Source: Alkanindiges illinoisensis DSM 15370 (GTDB taxonomy: Bacteria > Pseudomonadota > Gammaproteobacteria > Pseudomonadales > Moraxellaceae). From it: 32,000 nt of DNA. The notes under the pieces are model-generated. The model was not told the origin of the DNA. It searched no databases and worked only from the letters and a program-made list of their open reading frames with translations. Location: contig NZ_JHUX01000009.1 of the NCBI RefSeq assembly GCF_000619845.1, positions 1-32,000 of the forward strand. The letters run 5' to 3'. A program made the translations under genes and the position numbers. Below are positions 24,478 to 30,559 of this stretch, one piece after another (position 1 is the first letter of the stretch; every line of letters begins with the position of its first letter).

Positions 24478-25005
24478 AAAAGGACGTTTTGTCCAGATAG
24501 AAAGGACGCTTTGTCCTTTTAAAAAGGACGTTTTGTCTGATTAAAAGGGACATTTTGTCCATTTAAAAAGGACGTTTTGTCTTAAAAGGGACGTTTTGTC
24601 CAAAAATAACCTAAATTTCAGCTTTTAAAAGGACGTTTTGTCCAAATAATGATTAATAAATGACCATGGAAAGGACGTTTTGTCCGGCCAGCATGTAGGT
24701 TTGATTAAAATATCACCATAGAAAGGACGTTTTGTCCAAAACCAGCTTAATTTTTAATCTTAAAAAGGACGTTTTGTCTTAAAAAGGACGTTTTGTCCTA
24801 AGCTGGACTAAATCTTAGCTATTCATGTCCTTTTTAGATGTAAAGTCAGATTGACTAAATGTTGATTCTCATTTTGAGTATTTGTTATCCAGTCTTTAGA
24901 TGAAATCTTTCAACTTAGGGTCATGTTTTAAGTCGCCTTGTTCTACTTTAGAATCTAAAAAAGGACGCTTTGTCCAAGATAAATCTAAAAAAGGACGTTT
25001 TGTCC
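24478..25005 (+). repeat. oriV iteron array: 13 direct repeats of about AAAGGACGTTTTGTCC
   Basis: Cores start at 24481, 24503, 24525, 24547, 24569 (exact 22-bp phasing), then 24588, 24630, 24672, 24724, 24766, 24785, 24962 and 24992. All are in the same orientation with minor variants (GGGAC, CGCTTT, GTCT). The array is immediately upstream of a Rep_3-type gene. Confidence 0.9.
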
Positions 25006-25091
25006 CGAATTTTACAATTGCCCCTAATATTATAAACTTATGATTTAAAGCATATAATTTATCTAACATTCTATCTCGTATAATTTTTTTC

Positions 25092-25126
25092 AAAAAAGGA
25101 CTTTATAATTCAATTATTCCTTTTTT
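25092..25126. promoter_or_regulatory. Imperfect palindrome AAAAAAGGA...TCCTTTTTT enclosing TATAAT (25104-25109); candidate rep promoter/operator built from the left half of the iteron
   Basis: The 9-bp outer arms are perfect and the inner ATAATT-C-AATTAT is also palindromic. AAAGGAC equals the iteron left half. It lies 44 bp upstream of the rep ATG. Confidence 0.5.
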
Positions 25127-25169
25127 AGGTTTACAATAGTGTTAGTCAAAGAATGAATGGATAAAAATA

Positions 25170-26219
25170 ATGGCGGAAAACAGTAACAGCCAGCTCGCCT
25201 TGTATGTGCAACCGGACGATTTACTGGTTACCAGCAATTTACTCGTAGATACCAATATTGAAGTCACCATTAACGAGATCAAGATCATTTATCTGGCAAT
25301 GGTGGCTGCCAGAAACATGAAAAATTTTGACAGTAATGTCTATGTCAAAGTGCATTCAAAAAACTTTGCCGAGTTAACTGGCCAGAAAGAAGAATCTGCA
25401 AAAAAGGTTATGTTCAGGGCGATTGAAACCCTTAAAGGCAGATCGGTTGAGTTTGAGGAAAAAAACCTAAACAATCCCAAACGTGATTCAATCACTGTGG
25501 TGCCGGTATTAAGTGGCATTCGCTATTATAAGGATGAACATGCTTTAGAGTTGCGCTTTACCCCGGAAGTCATACCGCATTTTACCAAGCTGGTTAACGG
25601 CAATTTTACAGTTAACAAGATTGGTTATCTGATGAAACTCGATAGCCTGTATGCAATGGAGTTTTACCGGTTTTTAAGAAAGGAAAACTTTAAGGATAAA
25701 GTGCTGATCCTGACACTGGAGCAAATCCGTATTTTCTTTAATGTAGTGGGTAAATACGACGATATTAAGGATTTAAAAGCCCGTGTGATTGACATTGCTG
25801 TTGACCAGATCAATGCCCACACAGACATTATGGTCAATTATGAAAATGTCAGAACGGGACGAAAAGTTACCGGCCTGAAATTTGATTTTGCTGAAAAACC
25901 AAAACAGCTCACGCTTGATAAGCCTGCTGGTACTGGAAAAGTGGCTGGAACCAGTCCGAATCAGGAATTGCAGGATTTTATCAACACAGGCATCAACCAA
26001 GCCAATTATAAAATCATCAAGCCGACACTGACGGATTTTGATAACCGTAAAAATCAGGTTGAAGGCTTAAAGTATCTGTATGAAATCGCAAAACGTGCGA
26101 AAGTTTCACCGGATTTATTGATTTACCGGTTATCTTTGGAAGTGACTAAAGATAAAAACGTGATTTTTAATTACAACACGCTGGTTGGCTATGCTTTTAA
26201 TCTTGCCAATGAGCAATAG
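25170..26219 (+). CDS. rep: Replication initiator, Rep_3 (RepB/pi-like, iteron-binding) family
   Basis: Iterons lie upstream. Rep_3-like motifs are present: LDSLYAMEFYRFLRK, LTLEQIRIFF, DIKDLKARVIDIAVDQINAHTDIMVNYENVRTGRKVTGLKFDF. Confidence 0.9.
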   Translation: MAENSNSQLALYVQPDDLLVTSNLLVDTNIEVTINEIKIIYLAMVAARNMKNFDSNVYVKVHSKNFAELTGQKEESAKKVMFRAIETLKGRSVEFEEKNLNNPKRDSITVVPVLSGIRYYKDEHALELRFTPEVIPHFTKLVNGNFTVNKIGYLMKLDSLYAMEFYRFLRKENFKDKVLILTLEQIRIFFNVVGKYDDIKDLKARVIDIAVDQINAHTDIMVNYENVRTGRKVTGLKFDFAEKPKQLTLDKPAGTGKVAGTSPNQELQDFINTGINQANYKIIKPTLTDFDNRKNQVEGLKYLYEIAKRAKVSPDLLIYRLSLEVTKDKNVIFNYNTLVGYAFNLANEQ

Positions 26220-26243
26220 ACTTTCGTTAACGAAAGTCTATTG
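26214..26243. promoter_or_regulatory. 30-bp perfect palindrome CAATAGACTTTCGTTAACGAAAGTCTATTG (contains perfect copy 5) overlapping the rep stop codon, between convergent rep and traM
   Basis: Read directly. The core is at 26222-26235. Confidence 0.6.
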
Positions 26244-26266
26244 GTGAGTTTTACTTCATTTGTCAA

Positions 26267-26698
26267 TCAGATTTTGAAGAAAATTATAATGAGAGCCAAT
26301 AAAATAAGCGCACATAGGCCAATTAGCCCGTATAGCAGTAACGTTACCCTGTCCAGCTCAGGCTTAGGGTTGATAACTTGCTGGGCTTGCTGAACCTGAA
26401 TTGCCTTAATCTGATCGCAGACCTCATCGACAGACTTTTGAAACTGCTGCTTCATGTACTGGCCGCTTTCAGTGATAAGCTGGCTTGCGATTTTTTTTGA
26501 GGCCTCTATGGAATCACTTTGCAGGATTGCTATGGATTGCTCATATTCATCCATTTTAAGCTGAAAATCTGAGATATAGCGTTTCAATAGTAATTCATTG
26601 AGCGTGAGTGTTACTAAAATTGGATCTGATTTATCCAGTAATACATGATGCTTCTTGGCGACTTCAGCGATCAGCTCAGCTATAAAATCCTCATTCAT
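26267..26698 (-). CDS. traM: IncP-type conjugal transfer protein TraM-like (143 aa, C-terminal TM)
   Basis: The N-terminus IAEVAKKHHVLLDKSDPILVTLTLNELLLKR parallels RP4 TraM (..IAAKHGIAVGRDDPILILHTINARL..) as I recall it. There is a C-terminal membrane anchor. It lies downstream of traL. Confidence 0.65.
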   Translation of the reverse strand: MNEDFIAELIAEVAKKHHVLLDKSDPILVTLTLNELLLKRYISDFQLKMDEYEQSIAILQSDSIEASKKIASQLITESGQYMKQQFQKSVDEVCDQIKAIQVQQAQQVINPKPELDRVTLLLYGLIGLCALILLALIIIFFKI

Positions 26699-26705
26699 AG
26701 GTCAC

Positions 26706-27449
26706 CTACATCACAATATCAAGTTGCTCAAACAAGCTTTTCTTGATCATTTTAAGCCGTTGTTTGGCCATCAGTTCAAATTCACTTGATGTAATTGCTT
26801 CATTGAAGGTTAAGCGTTTATCCTGCATAAGCTGAATATCCTGCTCAAACGTCTGGGCAGCCCGTTTAGGGATCGTAATAATACCGGACACTTTATCCTT
26901 GTTATCGGTATAGGCCTTTAGCTTTTCAAAGCTTTTTTCCTGTACCTCTACTTTGCCAAAGTATTCATTGAGCCAGACCACATTTTTCACATAAGGCGGC
27001 GTATTGTTCACCATTTGCGAAAAGCCGTTTAGGGTATCCATCAAGGCTTGGCCACCGGTAATGACGCTATGGATCACGACCTGCTTGCCACAGTCCTTGA
27101 GCATTTCCATTGCATTGTTTTCCACCAGATACCCAAACAATGGAATAAATGAAGCTGCCCCATTATCGACAATCACGTCCTGTGAGCTTTCAATGATCAT
27201 TTCCATCATGCTGTCAAATTGACGGGTATCAATCACATTGTTTTCGCGCATCAGCTCAATGCGATGGGCATTTAATGCTTTATAGCCTAAAAAGGTTGCA
27301 TTCACCGGATCAGTGTCAATGCACAGCGGCGTTTCATTTTTTTCTAAATAATATTGCGCCAGGATTGAGGCGATAAAACTTTTTCCGACACCGCCCTTGC
27401 CTTGCAAGATCAGATTAACTTCAGCCGGTTTATGATTTTCTGTACTCAT
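26706..27449 (-). CDS. traL: IncP-type TraL-like P-loop (ParA/MinD-fold) protein
   Basis: Deviant Walker A LILQGKGGVGKSFIAS plus CIDTDPVN. At 247 aa it matches the RP4 leader operon in size and in its position between traK and traM. Confidence 0.8.
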   Translation of the reverse strand: MSTENHKPAEVNLILQGKGGVGKSFIASILAQYYLEKNETPLCIDTDPVNATFLGYKALNAHRIELMRENNVIDTRQFDSMMEMIIESSQDVIVDNGAASFIPLFGYLVENNAMEMLKDCGKQVVIHSVITGGQALMDTLNGFSQMVNNTPPYVKNVVWLNEYFGKVEVQEKSFEKLKAYTDNKDKVSGIITIPKRAAQTFEQDIQLMQDKRLTFNEAITSSEFELMAKQRLKMIKKSLFEQLDIVM

Positions 27450-27458
27450 TATTTATCC

Positions 27459-27842
27459 TCAGATTAAATTGTCAGGGTTTGGGTTTGGATCAAAGTTAAA
27501 ACTTTTTATGCTGCTATCGTTCCCGGTTTTTTTCTTGAGGGCGGGTGAACTTTCATTATGGGGTACATCAATTTTTGGCAAGCCTTCAGTGGCCACTGGC
27601 AAGTCAGGGGTACTGACCACAGGTGCAATTTTTAGCTGGCTTAATGTCTTGCGCGCAGTCTGGGTATAGCCCTTAGCCGCACTGATTCGTTGAAACTGGC
27701 TATAGGACAAGCCTTCTTTCACGGTTGGCAATTCCTCATAAATATCCAGTAATGAGTATCCCTGAAGGAATAATTCATTAAATTTTTCAAAATTCTGGAG
27801 CCAAAGTTTTAGCCCGGTGTTTCGCCTAGCTCTTTGTTTCAT
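27459..27842 (-). CDS. traK: TraK-like oriT-binding protein (127 aa)
   Basis: First gene diverging from oriT. The N-terminal basic/HTH-like part (LQGYSLLDIYEELPTVKEGLSYSQFQRISAAKGY) and Pro-rich C-terminus resemble RP4 TraK in layout. Confidence 0.6.
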   Translation of the reverse strand: MKQRARRNTGLKLWLQNFEKFNELFLQGYSLLDIYEELPTVKEGLSYSQFQRISAAKGYTQTARKTLSQLKIAPVVSTPDLPVATEGLPKIDVPHNESSPALKKKTGNDSSIKSFNFDPNPNPDNLI

Positions 27843-28226
27843 CTTGACCTTGTTATCAGCGTTTATATGCTTCTATAAGCGATTTTAAGCGTTTATATGC
27901 TCATAAACTATTACATTTTCGTTCTATAAGCGATTTTATGCGTTTATAGGCGATAAATCCCCCTTTTGGTGTTTCTGATCATCCCCTAGGCGATTATAGT
28001 CTATTATAAGCGTTTATAGGCGATTACAGTTTAATATTGGAAGGCAAGATGTGTGTTGTAATATTACATGCAAGCATGTACCATGACAACACCTACACTT
28101 ATTCGCTTTCAGCTCAACGTGTCATCTTGCCCTACGGGGTCGGTTTTACCTGTCGGTAAAACAAAATCTTGCTCATTGAGCAAGATTTATAAAGAATGTG
28201 CGTTTTGGGTTTTTAGGGTTGTCACG
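27843..28226. other. oriT region between divergent traK and traJ: phased repeats, inverted repeats and RP4-like nic motifs
   Basis: It lies between the leader operon and the relaxase operon. It contains about 9 copies of RGCG(A/T)TT at spacings close to multiples of 10 bp (27858-28026), the palindrome TACATGCAAGCATGTA (28065-28080), and ATCTTGCC motifs resembling the RP4 nic sequence ATCCTG/CCC. Confidence 0.75.
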
Positions 28227-28604
28227 ATGGTCGATAGCGAACAGGAAGCGGGGCCGAAAAAGGGCAAGCGGAACCGGGTATCAGTCCCCAGTTATTTTTT
28301 ACCTGAAGAAAAGTTACTGCTTGAGGAAAAGGCCAAACAGTGCAGCTTATCGGTATCAAATTACATTCGGGATGTGAGTTTAGGCTATCAGCCAAAATCC
28401 ACGAGCGATGCCAAAGCCGTGCTTGAGCTGGTCAGGATCAATGCTGACTTAGGACGTTTAGGTGGTTTGTTAAAACTGCTATTAACGGATGAAGGCAAGC
28501 ATCTGGATGCAAAAGCGCACCGGCCACAGATTAATGAGCTGCTGCATCAAATCGGCGAGTTGCAGACGCAACTTAAAATTGAGGTTACGAGAATCAGGAA
28601 ATGA
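28227..28604 (+). CDS. traJ: Relaxosome accessory protein TraJ/MobC-like (RHH)
   Basis: RVSVPSYFLPEEKLLLEEKAKQCSLSVSNYIRDVSLG is a MobC/TraJ-type ribbon-helix-helix. At 125 aa from ATG 28227 the size matches. The stop overlaps the traI start (ATGA). The track start at 28068 would read through oriT repeats. Confidence 0.8.
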   Translation: MVDSEQEAGPKKGKRNRVSVPSYFLPEEKLLLEEKAKQCSLSVSNYIRDVSLGYQPKSTSDAKAVLELVRINADLGRLGGLLKLLLTDEGKHLDAKAHRPQINELLHQIGELQTQLKIEVTRIRK

Positions 28605-30559
28605 TTGCCAAGCGTGCAAAGAAAAGTGCTAGTCGTAGTTTAGTCAAAACTTACTGCTACATTGTGGACGTGAAAAACCGTTCAGCTTTGCAAGGCGTGG
28701 ATGCTGGATCAAAAGTAGGGGATATCCGCTTTACCAATCTGGCCAGTCAGGATTTGGACATGGCTTTAATTGAAATGGAATCCCTGCAAGCTTTAAACAC
28801 CCGTTCCAAATCGGATAAGAATTATCACCTGATTATTTCCTTTCCCATCCATGAAAAGCCTGACGCGCAGATTTTAGAAAATATCGAACATGATTTATGC
28901 GCGGCCATTGGCTTTGACGAACATCAACGGGTATCAGCCACCCATAATGACACTGACCATCTGCATTTACATATCCTGATCAACAAAGTTCACCCGGACA
29001 CCTACAATAATATTGAGCCATTTTATGACTATAAGACCTTAATGGCAGAGTGTGAGGTCATCGAGGCAAAATATGGCCTTACCAAAACCAACCACACCAG
29101 TAAAAATCAAACCCAAGCCAGCAGCCAAGAAATCTTTAATGATGAGCAAAGCCTTATTTCTTTCGTTAACGAAAATTTAAAAGAAAAAATGAAAGAGGCG
29201 ACAAGCTGGCAGGGAATGCACGAGCTATTAGCCGACCATGACTTAATTATTGCCAAGCGTGGGGCAGGGCTTGTGGTTAAAAACAGTGAAGGCATTGCCA
29301 TAAAAGCATCCAGCATTGCCAGGGAATTTTCATTTAGAAAATTAACCGATCATTTAGGTGAGTTTGAGGAGTTTAACCATGAGCACCGAGATAGACCCGC
29401 AGACACCCATGCAAGCCCTGGAAACGATAGAGCCGGTAGAGCCGGTAGAGCCGGAACATTCCCTGGAAACGCTGGAATTTCAGTTACAGGAAATGGTCAT
29501 GGCAGAGCAGGGGGACGTGACGCATTTGGAGCCTTCCGAATGGATGAGCAAGGTCATCGCTCGCTTACCAATGGCCAAGCGTCCCTTGACACTGTGCGTT
29601 CGCTGTCCGGGGGCGATATGGTTCGTCAACAGCCAGGAAGTGAAATGCTTTTGTCGGGTGATGAGATTAGAGACATACAGCAAAAAAGAGCCGAACAATT
29701 TGCAAGATTGCGATGGACTAGAAATCGCATGGGCAGAAATGCAGCAGGCCTAAGCTATCAGAATCATAAACAACCACTGGCCAGTAAACAGGGTAGCCCC
29801 CTATATTCATCATATCTGGTTGACCGCAAAAACCGCCAGATCATGCAGCGCCAGATCAGGGCAACCCTACAAGCTGAAAGTGCAAAATTCTACCAGCAGT
29901 TGCAACACTGGCACGAAGCCCGTAGCCAGATTATCAAAAAATCAAAACTACGCAGTACCGAACGCAAGCTGGAATGGAAAAAGCTGGCTAATGAGCGTCA
30001 GGCATTTATCCAGCAATTCAAGAAAAAACAGGCGCAGCAGCGTGAGGCTATTCCAAAATTACTCGACTGGCCACAATTTCTAAAACAGCAGGCCTTAAAG
30101 GGTGATGAGCTTGCCGTTGAAAGCTTGCGTAAACGGGCTAAGGATAATTTTAAGCTCTATGACAACCAGATTCTAGGCTTGCCGGAAAAGACGTTTATTT
30201 ACCATTCCTTAAAACCAGAAGTGAGAAAAAACGGCTCTATCGTATACCAGCTTCGGGATGGGGGTAGCATTGTTGACCGGGAAGCGGATTTACAGGTCGA
30301 GCAGATTACCCAGCCAGCCGCATTTTTAGCCCTGACAATGGCCAAGGATAAGTTTGGCGCGCGCCCGTTAGAAATTAATGGCAGTGATGATTTTAAAAAT
30401 GCACTGATTGAGGCAGCCGTAGAGCACCGTTTAAATGTCACATTTGCCAATCAGGATATGGAAAAAATACGCACCCGCAAAATGGGTGAGCTTGCCAAAC
30501 AACCGCCACAACAATCAAATCAACAAGATGAAGCAATAAAACGAGGTAAATCAAGATGA
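28601..30559 (+). CDS. traI: MOB-P type relaxase TraI
   Basis: His-triad motif HNDTDHLHLHILINKVHP (RP4 TraI has H-x-D-x-D-x-x-H-x-H). N-terminal Tyr region (SLVKTYCYIV). It lies directly downstream of traJ and its stop overlaps the traG start. Confidence 0.9.
   Translation: MIAKRAKKSASRSLVKTYCYIVDVKNRSALQGVDAGSKVGDIRFTNLASQDLDMALIEMESLQALNTRSKSDKNYHLIISFPIHEKPDAQILENIEHDLCAAIGFDEHQRVSATHNDTDHLHLHILINKVHPDTYNNIEPFYDYKTLMAECEVIEAKYGLTKTNHTSKNQTQASSQEIFNDEQSLISFVNENLKEKMKEATSWQGMHELLADHDLIIAKRGAGLVVKNSEGIAIKASSIAREFSFRKLTDHLGEFEEFNHEHRDRPADTHASPGNDRAGRAGRAGTFPGNAGISVTGNGHGRAGGRDAFGAFRMDEQGHRSLTNGQASLDTVRSLSGGDMVRQQPGSEMLLSGDEIRDIQQKRAEQFARLRWTRNRMGRNAAGLSYQNHKQPLASKQGSPLYSSYLVDRKNRQIMQRQIRATLQAESAKFYQQLQHWHEARSQIIKKSKLRSTERKLEWKKLANERQAFIQQFKKKQAQQREAIPKLLDWPQFLKQQALKGDELAVESLRKRAKDNFKLYDNQILGLPEKTFIYHSLKPEVRKNGSIVYQLRDGGSIVDREADLQVEQITQPAAFLALTMAKDKFGARPLEINGSDDFKNALIEAAVEHRLNVTFANQDMEKIRTRKMGELAKQPPQQSNQQDEAIKRGKSR
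29161..29174. promoter_or_regulatory. Palindrome TTTCGTTAACGAAA (perfect copy 6), intragenic in traI (encodes F-V-N-E)
   Basis: Exact 14-bp palindrome read directly. Confidence 0.5.
29379..29753 (+). CDS. Nested out-of-frame ORF inside traI (124 aa from ATG 29379); TraH-like overprinted gene candidate
   Basis: SD GAGGAG lies 7 nt upstream of ATG 29379. The product has an acidic N-terminus and a Cys-rich C-terminus (CVRCPG...CFCRV) and looks protein-like. The overlapping stretch of TraI is low-complexity (DRAGRAGRAGTFPGNAG...). RP4 traH is likewise encoded within traI in another frame. Confidence 0.5.
   Translation: MSTEIDPQTPMQALETIEPVEPVEPEHSLETLEFQLQEMVMAEQGDVTHLEPSEWMSKVIARLPMAKRPLTLCVRCPGAIWFVNSQEVKCFCRVMRLETYSKKEPNNLQDCDGLEIAWAEMQQA

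Noticed and set aside
24478-25005. Regularly spaced direct repeats that could superficially look like a CRISPR array
   Set aside because: The repeats are only about 16-17 bp long and the 'spacers' are 5-6 bp in the tight cluster (22-bp period). There are no cas genes. An AT-rich region and a Rep_3 initiator gene flank the array. This is a classical iteron origin.
24896-25093. 65-aa minus-strand ORF
   Set aside because: It is made up largely of translated iteron repeats (..KRPFLDLSWTKRPFLDS..) and lies inside oriV and the rep promoter region. It has no SD and is almost certainly not a gene.
28124-28130. Plus-strand ATCTTG/CCC as the primary nic site
   Set aside because: It is not excluded, but it is ranked second. 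Nicking the plus strand would send traJ-traI into the recipient first. It would also put the phased TraK-type repeats 5' of nic, opposite to the RP4 order. The minus-strand copy (28050-28043) reproduces the order inverted repeat, nic, TraK sites, leader operon.
28068-28226. N-terminal extension of traJ to ATG 28068 (178-aa version)
   Set aside because: The extension would be translated from oriT palindromes and nic-like motifs and gives a Cys-rich, non-protein-like sequence. ATG 28227 yields a 125-aa RHH protein of the expected TraJ/MobC size.
29820-30450. ORFs 29820-30083 (+) and 30199-30450 (-) inside traI
   Set aside because: Unlike the 29379-29753 ORF, they have no SD. Their products are Ser/Arg/Asn-rich and off-frame-like, and the overlapping TraI sequence is not low-complexity there.
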